Shown here: positions 1-9,671 of the stretch, piece by piece | Numbering within the stretch: the first letter of the stretch is position 1 | How the letters are laid out: each line of letters begins with the position of its first letter | IMG/VR virus record: IMGVR_UViG_3300007708_000003 | Coordinates: 1-64,000 of that record | From: a virus | Length of the DNA: 64,000 nucleotides | Direction: 5' to 3' (one strand) | Made by a program: the position numbers and the translations under genes | The notes under the pieces: model-generated | What the model saw: the letters and a program-made list of their open reading frames with translations, nothing else | Told to the model about the DNA's origin: nothing | Databases searched by the model: none

Positions 1-246
1 AGTGACAGTTTATTACAATGTGCTGATGTTATGATTGCTTATAACAGACCTGCAAAGTATAATCTATCTTATTATGGACCTACCCAGTACATGATAACTC
101 CTTCTGACAAATATCTTTTAGCAGTGCATGTATTAAAGAACAGATATGGTGAAGTAGGTATTCAATGGTATAGAGCAAATTATGCTAAAATGCTTGTTGA
201 AGAAGCTGCAGAACCAAGCTGTAGAATTATTAGAAAAGTAATATAA
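1..246 (+). CDS. DnaB-like (SF4) replicative helicase, C-terminal fragment (5' truncated by window)
   Basis: Frame 1 is open from base 1: SDSLLQCADVMIAYNRP...VLKNRYGEVG, matching DnaB motif H4 (SGSIEQDAD-like) and the KNRxG arginine finger. Confidence 0.8.
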   Translation, partial: SDSLLQCADVMIAYNRPAKYNLSYYGPTQYMITPSDKYLLAVHVLKNRYGEVGIQWYRANYAKMLVEEAAEPSCRIIRKVI

Positions 247-261
247 ATTAAATTAGTTAAG

Positions 262-924
262 ATGGCAGAACTATTAAAAAAAAAGAAACACATTAATGTA
301 ATTACAGCAGAATTTAAACCTTATTGGGAACAACTATTTGTAGACAATGGAATGGAAAATCCTCCATTTTATGCAAAGCTGTGTTACCAAGGGAGTGAAT
401 TTGAGGTTGTAGATGGTGGAAAATCTGAATGTATTAGATTTTTTGCTAATGAACTTTCAAAAAATCAGGATATCTTTGTTGAATTATTTGATTGGTATGA
501 CAAACCTTATGAAGAAGGTTACAGAAATCTATACAGATTAAAAAACAAACCTGATTGGAAAACAGCTCCTAATTTCTGTGTTGAAGTTACACTAAAAAGT
601 GATGGTACTTCTTTACCATTTACCACATATGCTGTAAGATTATCAGATTTAGAATTGATAAGCAGAAACAAACTTGAAACTGCTTATCCAGAAATAACAA
701 AATCATCAACTGCAATAAAGGAAGAACAACAATCTTTAGATTTAGATTTTCCAAAACTTGATACAGTTGATTTTGAGGAAGAACTTCCTTTTACAGAAAA
801 AGAAGATAATCACTATGCACAAATGACAATCAGAGATATCTATTGTATTGTGAATAAAGTGCCCTTATCAAATAAAAAATGGTTAAATACTTTAATTGAC
901 AAAGGTAAAAAATGGCAGAAGTAA
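262..924 (+). CDS. Hypothetical protein, replication module
   Basis: 220-aa ORF overlapping the next gene; acidic linker with QQSLDLDF and EEELPF. Confidence 0.75.
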   Translation: MAELLKKKKHINVITAEFKPYWEQLFVDNGMENPPFYAKLCYQGSEFEVVDGGKSECIRFFANELSKNQDIFVELFDWYDKPYEEGYRNLYRLKNKPDWKTAPNFCVEVTLKSDGTSLPFTTYAVRLSDLELISRNKLETAYPEITKSSTAIKEEQQSLDLDFPKLDTVDFEEELPFTEKEDNHYAQMTIRDIYCIVNKVPLSNKKWLNTLIDKGKKWQK

Positions 925-1691
925 AAAAAGCAGCAGAGACAGTTGCAACAGGTATGGTATTACCAACTGGTATAGTACAGGCAGTTACAAAAAGTCCTAA
1001 GAATCTTGTAATCTTTAGTAAACCTAAAGTAGGTAAGACAACATTGTTGTCACAACTACCTAACAGTTTATTAATTGACTTAGAAGATGGTTCAGACTAT
1101 GTAGGAGCTGTAAAAATTAAGATTACAACTATTCAAGAATTGTTTAATCTTGAAAAAGCTATCACAGATGCTGGTAAGCCATACAAAATTATTGCTCTTG
1201 ACACAATAACTGCTTTAGAAGAATTATGTATTCCTTATGCAGAGTTCTTATATTCAAAATCTCCAATGGGAGCAAACTGGTTTACAACTGGTAAACCTAA
1301 ACATGGAAGCATCCTTAATATGGCAAATGGTGCAGGATATCCATGGTTAAGACAAGCTTTTGAAGATGTAGTAAAAAGATTTAAACTATTAGCACCACGT
1401 CTAATATTATTAGGTCACGTAAAAGATACAATGTTAGAAAAGAATGGAGGAACATTTGAAGCTCTTGACTTAAATCTAACAGGTAAGCTTAAACAATTTA
1501 CAACATCTAAATCAGATGCAATAGGATACCTTTATAGAAAAGGAAACAAAAATATCTTGAGTTTTAAGACACAAGATGAGATTTTATGTGGTGCAAGACC
1601 AGAACATCTAAGAAATAAAGAGATTGTTATCTCTGAAATTGCAGAAGATGGGACAGTAACTACACACTGGGATCAAATATTTATAGATTAA
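912..1691 (+). CDS. AAA-family ATPase (AAA_24/Sak4-like recombination ATPase)
   Basis: Walker A variant SKPKVGKTT, LLIDLEDGS, Walker B IALDT, ILLGH; adjacent to SSB-like gene. Confidence 0.8.
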   Translation: MAEVKKAAETVATGMVLPTGIVQAVTKSPKNLVIFSKPKVGKTTLLSQLPNSLLIDLEDGSDYVGAVKIKITTIQELFNLEKAITDAGKPYKIIALDTITALEELCIPYAEFLYSKSPMGANWFTTGKPKHGSILNMANGAGYPWLRQAFEDVVKRFKLLAPRLILLGHVKDTMLEKNGGTFEALDLNLTGKLKQFTTSKSDAIGYLYRKGNKNILSFKTQDEILCGARPEHLRNKEIVISEIAEDGTVTTHWDQIFID

Positions 1692-1717
1692 TTAATAACA
1701 TTTAAAAATTAGAAAAG

Positions 1718-2449
1718 ATGAGTTTTAGTTTAAACAATTATTCAGCAGCAGAGAGCAATTTTGTACAAAAGGGTTTACAACCAGGTACACATTTATGTAA
1801 AGTATTAGATTTAAAATTGGAGAGACCTCCATATGACGCAAATCAATACAATTTGATTTTTTCATTAGAAGGACCAGATTTAGGTGCAGATTTTGAAGGT
1901 TTTCCTATTAACAGATTAGATCCTTCTAAAGGTAACCATAAAGGTCAAACAAGCAATGTAAAAGCAAACCAATATGGTTTCAAAGATTGGGAATATAAAG
2001 GAAAAACAATTAGTAGAGATGAATCTATTCAAAACTTTTTAGGAACTTTCTTAAAACAAGTTAATTTGTTAGATCAGTTTCAAGGCATGGATATTAATGC
2101 AGATACTATTGAAGATCTTGTAGCAGAAATAAGAGCTTTTCTTATCAAAGGAAAGTATGAATTTTATTTTACTCTAGGTGCTCAGAAATATTATAAAGAA
2201 GGTTCTGAATATCCAAGTTATGCATTATATTTACCAAAGAAATTAGAAGGTAAGTTTGCATATGCAAATAGTGTAGAAGACGCTAAGTTTGCTCAATTTA
2301 ATGAAGCAATTCATGTATATGAGAAAAAAGTAGCTGAACCAAGTATAGGAGATACCATGAATGATTTAGCTGCAGGATTTGCTCCAGCTTCTGAAGTATT
2401 TTCAGCTCCTGTATTTGAAAATAATATAAATGATTTACAGCTTCCATAA
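1718..2449 (+). CDS. Putative single-stranded DNA-binding protein
   Basis: Position after Sak4-like ATPase; N-terminal PGTHLCKV beta-strand pattern; flexible tail ending NDLQLP. Confidence 0.5.
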   Translation: MSFSLNNYSAAESNFVQKGLQPGTHLCKVLDLKLERPPYDANQYNLIFSLEGPDLGADFEGFPINRLDPSKGNHKGQTSNVKANQYGFKDWEYKGKTISRDESIQNFLGTFLKQVNLLDQFQGMDINADTIEDLVAEIRAFLIKGKYEFYFTLGAQKYYKEGSEYPSYALYLPKKLEGKFAYANSVEDAKFAQFNEAIHVYEKKVAEPSIGDTMNDLAAGFAPASEVFSAPVFENNINDLQLP

Positions 2450-2477
2450 TTAAAAATTTGTTTTATTTTTTAAGATG

Positions 2478-2503
2478 AGGGTAGATGTAATGTCTACCCT
2501 TTT
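2478..2503 (+). terminator. Rho-independent terminator
   Basis: AGGGTAGA-tgtaatg-TCTACCCT stem-loop followed by TTT, after the SSB-like gene. Confidence 0.7.
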
Positions 2504-2522
2504 CATTTAAAACCAACAAATT

Positions 2523-3533
2523 ATGTTTAGTTTAAAGAATTTTACATGTGATGTTAAAGATATTCCAAGTGATTGGATATTTGAAACATATTTAGAATTA
2601 CCAGAAAGCTTAAAAGGTCAGCGTGTTAGATTAAACAGTGTATTTAATCCATTAGATAAAACTCCTTCTATGTATTTGTACTTTCATCCAGAAAGTAATA
2701 CGTACAAGTTTAAATGTTTTTCTACAGGTAGATCAGGTAGTGCTGTTGATTTGATGATGTACATTTGGAAAAAAGATTTTGGCAATACTGCAAGTACCCT
2801 TATAGATGATTATAGTAAATATTTAAAAGAAGGTAAGTGTATAAATAAAAAAGACTTTAGCAATGTAAAGTGGGTTATTTCTGATTATACAATTAGAGAA
2901 TGGAACTCAAATGACGCAAAGTTTTGGTTACAATTTAATATAGGCAGTGAATTATTGAATAAGTATAGAGTAGTCCCTATTGCAAGTTATACTATGTGTA
3001 AAAAAATCAATGATGATTTTACAGATGAGATATTTACTATTGCAAAAGAAAATACATATGGTTATTTTAATGAGAACAATGTCTTGTACAAGTTATACCA
3101 ACCTTTGAATATTGCTAAGAAGTTTTTAAAGTTAGAACAACATGTTCAAGGTACTGAACAATTAGAAGGTAAGAGATTTTTAATAATCACATCTTCCTTA
3201 AAAGATTGTATGGCAATCAAAAGTATTCCTGGACTAGATGTGGATGTAATAGCTCCTGATAGTGAGAATACAAAACTTCCAGACAAGTTGATTAAGAAGT
3301 TTAAACTAGAGTATGAAGCTGTTGTTACTTATATGGACAGTGACAAAGCAGGTGTTGATAGTATGCAGTACTATTTAGATAGATTTAATATACCATTTTG
3401 TTATATACCACTAGAAAAAGATTTTAGTGATATCATAAAAGTCTATGGTATTAAAAAAGCTGCTTATACTTTTATACCTATTTTAGATAAAGCAATTGCT
3501 AAATATAATATTTTAAATGAAATTATTTTGTAG
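2523..3533 (+). CDS. DNA primase (DnaG-type TOPRIM)
   Basis: Degenerate N-terminal Zn-binding region (SVFNPLDKTPS...FKCFSTG); TOPRIM IITSSLKD and YMDSDKAG; KDFSD motif. Confidence 0.85.
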   Translation: MFSLKNFTCDVKDIPSDWIFETYLELPESLKGQRVRLNSVFNPLDKTPSMYLYFHPESNTYKFKCFSTGRSGSAVDLMMYIWKKDFGNTASTLIDDYSKYLKEGKCINKKDFSNVKWVISDYTIREWNSNDAKFWLQFNIGSELLNKYRVVPIASYTMCKKINDDFTDEIFTIAKENTYGYFNENNVLYKLYQPLNIAKKFLKLEQHVQGTEQLEGKRFLIITSSLKDCMAIKSIPGLDVDVIAPDSENTKLPDKLIKKFKLEYEAVVTYMDSDKAGVDSMQYYLDRFNIPFCYIPLEKDFSDIIKVYGIKKAAYTFIPILDKAIAKYNILNEIIL

Positions 3534-3538
3534 TTTTG
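3531..3538 (+). promoter_or_regulatory. Possible Bacteroidota sigma-A -7 promoter element
   Basis: TAGTTTTG fits TAnnTTTG, 16 nt before the GIY-YIG start; short motif in AT-rich DNA. Confidence 0.3.
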
Positions 3539-3554
3539 TTACAAATATTTTATT

Positions 3555-4013
3555 ATGAGCAATTGGATACTACCTTCATGTAAGAACAAAGTAATTACAC
3601 AAATAGAAGATCTTCCTGATTATCAGAATCTTATAGGTTTTGTTTATAAAATCACACACATTAAAACAGGTAAGTTTTATATTGGCAAAAAAAGTTTGCA
3701 GTTTACCAAAAAGACTGCAGTTACAAAAAAAGAAAAGTTAGAAACAGGCACTAGAAAAAGAGTCAAAAGAGTTTCTAAAGAATCTAACTGGTCTGATTAC
3801 TATGGTAGTTGTAAAGAACTTACTGCAGAAATTAAAGCAGAAGGAAAATTAATGTATAAAAGAGAGATCTTAGAACTATGTTGTACTAAAAAATACCTCA
3901 ACTATTGTGAGTTAGCACATCAAATTAAAGCTGATGTGCTGACCAGCAATAGTTATAATGGTAATATATTAGGAAGATATTTTCTAAGAGACATGCAAAA
4001 TTGTAAAAAATGA
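3555..4013 (+). CDS. GIY-YIG family endonuclease
   Basis: GFVYKITHIKTGKFYIGKK (GIY...YIG), ESNWSDYYGS, conserved Glu (YCELAHQ) and YNGNI. Confidence 0.8.
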   Translation: MSNWILPSCKNKVITQIEDLPDYQNLIGFVYKITHIKTGKFYIGKKSLQFTKKTAVTKKEKLETGTRKRVKRVSKESNWSDYYGSCKELTAEIKAEGKLMYKREILELCCTKKYLNYCELAHQIKADVLTSNSYNGNILGRYFLRDMQNCKK

Positions 4014-5050
4014 GAGTATTTAAAATGCCAACACAAGCAGAAATGCTACAAAAACAAGATGAGTTTTTTGACAAAAAATTTATGATGTCTTATTCAGGTT
4101 TGAATAAGTTATTGTATAGTCCTAAACTATTTTATTTGCACTATATACTAGGGCAAAAAGATGACACATCTGACAAAAACATGATTGAAGGTAAGCTTAT
4201 TCATTGCTTATTCTTAAATCCTGATGACTTTGATAAAGAGTTTGTACTAATGGCAACCAGCGTTCCTAGTGCAAATCCAAAAGAAGTATTAGAAAGACTT
4301 TTTGTTCATTATTCAGAACTTAAAGCAATGGGTGATCCTAGATATTTACTAGAGCATTTTGAACATGCTATATTAGATATTTTAGTAGATATGAACTTGT
4401 ATCAAACATTAAAGACTGATCAACAGCGTATTGATAAAATAATTACTGATGACCTTAAAAGTTATTGGGAATACATGCAGAACTGTGAAGGTAAAACTAA
4501 AGTTGATCATGCAATGTATGACAATGCTAAGGATGTGGTAGAAATCATAAAACAATCTTCACATATAATGAAAATCATGGGTTACACCAAAGATAACATT
4601 ACTGATGAAGTTGAGATGATGAATGAGATTGAGCTTGCTGCTTTTCCAGAAGGTTTACCATTTGGTTTAAGAGGTTTTATTGACAATCTTGTATTTGATC
4701 ATACTAACAAAGTGATTAGAGTAAATGATTTAAAGAAAACTAGCAAAGATCTTAATTCTTTTCAAGATACAATTGAGTATTATAGATACTGGATTCAAGC
4801 TGGAATATACTATACATTAGTAAGAAGTGTATATTTGGATACTCCAAAATATGCTGACTATGATTTTGAATTTAGATTCATTGTTATAGATCAATACATG
4901 CAAGTTGGAGCAATCAAAGTATCTGATGCTTCATTAGAATTATGGGTTAAAGATACAGGATCTAAGTTAAGTGAAGCAATATATCATTTTAAGACCAGAA
5001 ACTTTGATCTACCTTGTGCATTTTTAGTAAACAATGAACTTGTAATATGA
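4010..5050 (+). CDS. PD-(D/E)xK nuclease (RecE/Cas4-like exonuclease superfamily)
   Basis: SYSGL...GKLIHC; LRGFIDNL...VNDLKKT; YWIQAGIY. Confidence 0.8.
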   Translation: MRVFKMPTQAEMLQKQDEFFDKKFMMSYSGLNKLLYSPKLFYLHYILGQKDDTSDKNMIEGKLIHCLFLNPDDFDKEFVLMATSVPSANPKEVLERLFVHYSELKAMGDPRYLLEHFEHAILDILVDMNLYQTLKTDQQRIDKIITDDLKSYWEYMQNCEGKTKVDHAMYDNAKDVVEIIKQSSHIMKIMGYTKDNITDEVEMMNEIELAAFPEGLPFGLRGFIDNLVFDHTNKVIRVNDLKKTSKDLNSFQDTIEYYRYWIQAGIYYTLVRSVYLDTPKYADYDFEFRFIVIDQYMQVGAIKVSDASLELWVKDTGSKLSEAIYHFKTRNFDLPCAFLVNNELVI

Positions 5051-5598
5051 TGAATGATTTGTATCGCAAATACTTTCAAAAATCTTTTACTTTTCTGTAT
5101 CCTTTATTAGAATTTAAAAAGAAAACTAAGCACAGACCTTTTCAGACATATGTTACCTGGGAAGGTGTGCATGATGAAAGTGCTAGAAAACTTATTTGTG
5201 TGTATAAAAGAGAAAATACAGATTCATGGAGGACATTTGAAAAAGAAGAGTTAATTAATCATAGAATGTTAGATTATTGTTTACCTATTGATGCTGAAAA
5301 CATAATCTATGTTTTTGATTTTAATATTTTTAAAAATGATTATGATAACTTTATTAATGGTAAATACTCAAAAATGTCTACGCGTGCTAAACAGCTATTA
5401 ACTAATTATTATGGTATACATACACCAGAATGGGTTTTTGTGGAGTCTTATGTCTTCCCTGAAGCTTATTTTGACAAATATGCTGAGATACTAGAAATAG
5501 ATGTAAGAGAATTAAAAAAAGTTGGAGAACTTTGTGATAAACTTGATCCTGAAAAGGAAAACTGCACACTTAAACACTCAGAATTTCATTTAACTTAA
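5047..5598 (+). CDS. Hypothetical protein
   Basis: 183-aa ORF coupled to neighbours (ATGA overlap); FINGKYSKMS motif. Confidence 0.75.
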   Translation: MMNDLYRKYFQKSFTFLYPLLEFKKKTKHRPFQTYVTWEGVHDESARKLICVYKRENTDSWRTFEKEELINHRMLDYCLPIDAENIIYVFDFNIFKNDYDNFINGKYSKMSTRAKQLLTNYYGIHTPEWVFVESYVFPEAYFDKYAEILEIDVRELKKVGELCDKLDPEKENCTLKHSEFHLT

Positions 5599-5608
5599 AA
5601 TAAAATTT

Positions 5609-5965
5609 ATGCAACAAAGCATGTTTATTTACAATACTGATTGGCATGGTAGTAAAACTTTTAGAATGCTGCCTATGGATATAAAATGCCCTTTTAATGA
5701 GGTAATTTATGATCCTGAAACTAAAGTACTAGCAATAGTTAGTAAAGAATACAAAGAAAAACCACACATGTTTCCTAAATTAACTGACAAAGGAGAACCA
5801 ATTATAAGAAAAGGAGATAGTAAAACACCTTCTTATATTGAACAACGTGTGGTTATGGATACTTATTATGAGTATTATATTGATACACCTGAAGACATTA
5901 GAGAATTTGTAGATTATTTTGCAAATAACAACAAACACCCTTCATTAAAAGTATTAGACTTGTAA
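5609..5965 (+). CDS. Hypothetical protein
   Basis: 118-aa ORF in operon with A-rich leader. Confidence 0.75.
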   Translation: MQQSMFIYNTDWHGSKTFRMLPMDIKCPFNEVIYDPETKVLAIVSKEYKEKPHMFPKLTDKGEPIIRKGDSKTPSYIEQRVVMDTYYEYYIDTPEDIREFVDYFANNNKHPSLKVLDL

Positions 5966-5966
5966 G

Positions 5967-6026
5967 ATGAGAGATAAAAAATTCTGGGTAATGGATTATG
6001 AAACCATTATTTTTAATAATTTATAG
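5967..6026 (+). pseudogene. Relic 5' end of the DNA polymerase gene (19-codon mini-ORF)
   Basis: Translates as MRDKKFWVMDYETIIFNNL*, versus the polB start MTRKKRFWVMDLETIVNC at 6628. Confidence 0.75.
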
Positions 6027-6077
6027 TTGCACAATACATTTTTATTTATTACATTGTTTATATAAACAATAAATGAT

Positions 6078-6635
6078 ATGAAAAAGTGTAACAAGTGTAA
6101 AGAATTAAAAACTTTAGATAATTTTACTAAAGATTTATCTAGAAAAGATGGTTTAAAGCATGTTTGTAAAACATGTGCTGATATTATGCATGCAAATTGG
6201 CTAATTAATAACAATGATAAAGCTAAAATGCATGCTGTTAACAGTTATCAAAAACGTAAAGAAGCAATTAGTCAAAGAAGAAAGGAATTAAGAACATTAA
6301 ATCCTGAAAAATACAGATTAAATGCAAAAAATACCAGAATAAAAAATTTAACTCACTATCAACAAAAAAGTCGTGAGGCTGCCTGGAAACAAGCAGGAAT
6401 CTTAGATATGACATATGATAAATATATTGAATTATTAGAAAATCAAAATAACAAATGTGCTATTTGTTTAACACATACTGATGATTTAAAAAGAAATTTA
6501 GCAGTTGATCATAATCATTCTACAGGTATAGTAAGAGGATTATTATGCGATGCTTGTAATAGAGCTATTGGATATTTAAAAGAATCAGAATCTATATTAA
6601 TTTCTGCTATAAATTATTTAAAAAAACATGACTAG
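6078..6635 (+). CDS. Endonuclease VII-type HNH endonuclease (putative free-standing homing endonuclease)
   Basis: N-terminal CNKC...CKTC zinc finger; C-terminal CAIC...LAVDHNHSTGIVRGLLCDACNRAIG, the EndoVII signature. Confidence 0.9.
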   Translation: MKKCNKCKELKTLDNFTKDLSRKDGLKHVCKTCADIMHANWLINNNDKAKMHAVNSYQKRKEAISQRRKELRTLNPEKYRLNAKNTRIKNLTHYQQKSREAAWKQAGILDMTYDKYIELLENQNNKCAICLTHTDDLKRNLAVDHNHSTGIVRGLLCDACNRAIGYLKESESILISAINYLKKHD

Positions 6636-8607
6636 AAAAAAAAGATTTTGGGTTATGGATCTAGAAACAATTGTTAATTGTTTTGTAGGTTGTTTCATAG
6701 CATATGACAATAATGAAACACACACATTTGTGATCAATAGAGATAGAAATGACCTTAAAAAGTTTTTAGCATTCTTAAAAGATAACAAACAAAACAATGA
6801 TTGGCATTTAGGATATAACAATCTTGCATTTGATGCTCAAATTACTGAATTTATATTGCATTTTGAAAAAGATCTCCTTGAGTTAGACTCAGATGAGATT
6901 ACTGCTTCTATAGCACAATATGCAGCTGAAGTAATAAGAAAATCTAATGCAGGAGAGTTCTTAGACTATCCAGAATTTAAATTAAGTATCAAGTGTATTG
7001 ATGTGTTTAAGCTCAATCACTGGGATAATATGGCAAAAAGAAGTTCATTGAAATGGATACAGTATTCTATGGATTGGTATAATGTTGAGGAAATGCCTCA
7101 TCATCATACTAAACCTGTATTAGATGACAAAACATTAACATCTATAATAGAGTATTGTATCAATGATGTGAACTCAACTAAACAAATATTTGTACATAAA
7201 AATGCAAAAGGTGAAAGACCTATGGCAGCACAGATTAATCTGAGAGCTGAACTTAGTAAAACCTATGATGTTCCATTGTTTTCTGCAAGTGAACCACGTA
7301 TAAGTAAAGAAATCTTTTTATTCTTCTTGTCTAAGAAACTAGGTAAGAGTAAAAAAGATATCAGAGCAATGCGCACATTCAGAGATTATGTGAACATTAG
7401 AGATATTATTTTACCCATGGTCAATTTTGATAATCCTGAATTCAAAGGTGTACACAACTGGTTTAAGAATCTGGTTGTAGATACTAAACTGTATGATGAC
7501 AGGGATGACAAGATTAAAGGTCCTAGGTATAGAATGATGTATAAAGGTGTGCCTACAGATTTTGGTTTAGGTGGTTTACATGGATGTATCAAATCTGGTA
7601 TATATAAATCTGGTAATGGTAAGATTATCTTATCTGCAGATGTAACATCTTTTTATCCAAATCTTGCAATTAGAAATCAATGGGGTCCTGCACAATTTCC
7701 TAAAAAGGATTTTTGTGAGTTGTATGAATGGTTCTTTGAAGAGAGAAAGAAATATGACAAAAAGGACCCATTGAACTATTTGTTTAAGATTATATTAAAT
7801 TCTACATATGGTTTAAGTAAAGAGAGAAACTCTTTCTTGTATGATCCTGAACTTACTTTTAGAATTACAGTCAATGGTCAATTACAACTAGCAATGTTGT
7901 ATGAGATGATAGCTACCAGAATTCCTGGTGCACAACCTCTTATGCAAAACACAGATGGTTTAGAATTTCTGTTAGATGAACAGTATGAAGATTTATTCTT
8001 TGAAATCTGTAAAGAGTGGGAAGTCTTAACTAATCTGCAGTTAGAAACTGTAAAATATGACAAGATGATCATTGGTGATGTAAACAATTACATCGCAGTG
8101 TATGATAATGGTGAGGTAAAATGCAAAGGTAGATTTGAATTTAAAGATTTACCTTTTCACAAAAACAAATCTTTCTTAATAGTACCAAAAGCTTTGTATG
8201 CTTATTTTATAAATGGTATAGATCCTAAACAATTTATTCAAGATAATAGAAACATCTTTGATTATTGTGCAGGTGCTAAACTTAAAGGTGATTGGTTCTT
8301 TGTTGAGCGTGGAGTAGTAGAAGGAGTATTTGTAGAAAACAAACTGCAGAAACTTATCAGATATTTCATGTCAGATAAAGGCACAAAGCTTATTAAGTGT
8401 AATCCTGATGGTAGAGAGCTTCAGTTAGAAAGTTGTAAGATTCAACAAACTATATTTAACAAGGCTGAACATAAACCATGGGAAGAGTATGGTGTAAATG
8501 ATGCATACTATCTTGATAAGATATATGATGAGATACACAAAATAGAAAGATTGTCTACAGTGCTACCATCTTCTGGTAGTTATGGACAACAATTAGAATT
8601 ATTTTAA
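6628..8607 (+). CDS. polB: DNA polymerase family B with 3'-5' exonuclease
   Basis: ExoI MDLET, ExoII GYNNLAFD, ExoIII YCIND; motif A ADVTSFYPN, motif B KIILNSTYG, motif C NTDG; KCKG; C-terminal QLELF. Confidence 0.95.
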   Translation: MTRKKRFWVMDLETIVNCFVGCFIAYDNNETHTFVINRDRNDLKKFLAFLKDNKQNNDWHLGYNNLAFDAQITEFILHFEKDLLELDSDEITASIAQYAAEVIRKSNAGEFLDYPEFKLSIKCIDVFKLNHWDNMAKRSSLKWIQYSMDWYNVEEMPHHHTKPVLDDKTLTSIIEYCINDVNSTKQIFVHKNAKGERPMAAQINLRAELSKTYDVPLFSASEPRISKEIFLFFLSKKLGKSKKDIRAMRTFRDYVNIRDIILPMVNFDNPEFKGVHNWFKNLVVDTKLYDDRDDKIKGPRYRMMYKGVPTDFGLGGLHGCIKSGIYKSGNGKIILSADVTSFYPNLAIRNQWGPAQFPKKDFCELYEWFFEERKKYDKKDPLNYLFKIILNSTYGLSKERNSFLYDPELTFRITVNGQLQLAMLYEMIATRIPGAQPLMQNTDGLEFLLDEQYEDLFFEICKEWEVLTNLQLETVKYDKMIIGDVNNYIAVYDNGEVKCKGRFEFKDLPFHKNKSFLIVPKALYAYFINGIDPKQFIQDNRNIFDYCAGAKLKGDWFFVERGVVEGVFVENKLQKLIRYFMSDKGTKLIKCNPDGRELQLESCKIQQTIFNKAEHKPWEEYGVNDAYYLDKIYDEIHKIERLSTVLPSSGSYGQQLELF

Positions 8608-8610
8608 TTA

Positions 8611-8632
8611 GAGGGAGTGTAAAAGCTCCCTC
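8611..8632 (+). terminator. Stem-loop after polB (probable terminator)
   Basis: GAGGGAG-tgtaaaag-CTCCCTC; weak U-tract. Confidence 0.55.
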
Positions 8633-8667
8633 ATAATTTATATTAACATTAAAAACAAATTAACAAA

Positions 8668-9312
8668 ATGATTATAGGTATAAATGGAAAAATAGGATCT
8701 GGTAAAGATACTGTTGGTAAAATTATTCAGTACTTAGTTGCAAATAAAAATTTACCAAAAAACATGCAATATCATTCTTTAGAAGAATTAGATAATGGGA
8801 TTGAACCTTATAGTAATTGGAAAATCAAGAAGTTTGCAGGAAAGTTGAAAACTATTGGTTCATTACTTACAGGTGTTCCTGTAAAAAAGTTTGAAAATCA
8901 AGCATTTAAAGAACAACAAATGCCTACAAGTTGGGGAATGACTTACAGAGAATTTCTTCAGAAGCTTGGTACAGAAGCAATGCGTGATGGATTACATACA
9001 AATGTATGGGTAAATGCTTTGTTTGCTGATTATAACCCTGTTGCAAAACTTAAAGGTGCAGATATATTACCTAACTGGTGTATAACAGACATGAGATTTC
9101 CTAATGAGATGGAAGCTGTTGTAGCTAGAGGTGGTATCACTATTAGAGTGGTAAGACCAGACATGAATTCTTTACAAGCTATGGTTCCAGCTCATGCTAG
9201 TGAGACAGCTCTGGATGAACACACAATGCATTATGACATCATCAATGATGGAACCATAGAAGATCTTATAGCAAAAGTGAAAGAAATTTTAGTTAAAGAA
9301 AAACTATTATGA
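8668..9312 (+). CDS. Deoxynucleoside monophosphate kinase (T4 gp1-like)
   Basis: IGINGKIGSGKDT P-loop, FAGKLK, REFLQKLGTE, ITDMRFPNE, HASE. Confidence 0.88.
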   Translation: MIIGINGKIGSGKDTVGKIIQYLVANKNLPKNMQYHSLEELDNGIEPYSNWKIKKFAGKLKTIGSLLTGVPVKKFENQAFKEQQMPTSWGMTYREFLQKLGTEAMRDGLHTNVWVNALFADYNPVAKLKGADILPNWCITDMRFPNEMEAVVARGGITIRVVRPDMNSLQAMVPAHASETALDEHTMHYDIINDGTIEDLIAKVKEILVKEKLL

Positions 9313-9671
9313 AAAATTTAGTTATAAGTATTGACTTTGATGGTACTATATGTGATTTGGCATACCCTGCAGTAGGTGAATTAAAAAAAGATGCTAGTAT
9401 TTACATAAGAAAATTATATAATGAAGGTCACAAGATTATTATTAATACTTGTAGATCTGGTAGATTTGAAGGTGATGCTCAAGAATTTCTTGATAATGCT
9501 ATGATACCTTATCATTATATAAACAGTAACTTGCCATATGTAATAGAACAATTTGGTGCAGACTGTAGAAAGATATCTGCAGATGTGTACATTGATGACA
9601 AATGTCTTATGGGATTACCAGAAACATGGGAAGAAATATATAACATAGTAAATAAAAAAGCTAATGAATAG
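9309..9671 (+). CDS. HAD-superfamily hydrolase (cap-less type)
   Basis: IDFDGTI motif I, NTCR motif II, KISADVYIDDK motifs III/IV. Confidence 0.85.
   Translation: MKNLVISIDFDGTICDLAYPAVGELKKDASIYIRKLYNEGHKIIINTCRSGRFEGDAQEFLDNAMIPYHYINSNLPYVIEQFGADCRKISADVYIDDKCLMGLPETWEEIYNIVNKKANE

Noticed and set aside
5967-6635. Group I intron in polB carrying the endonuclease
   Set aside because: The downstream ORF already has a full N-terminus with the ExoI motif, and there is almost no non-coding space for a ribozyme core
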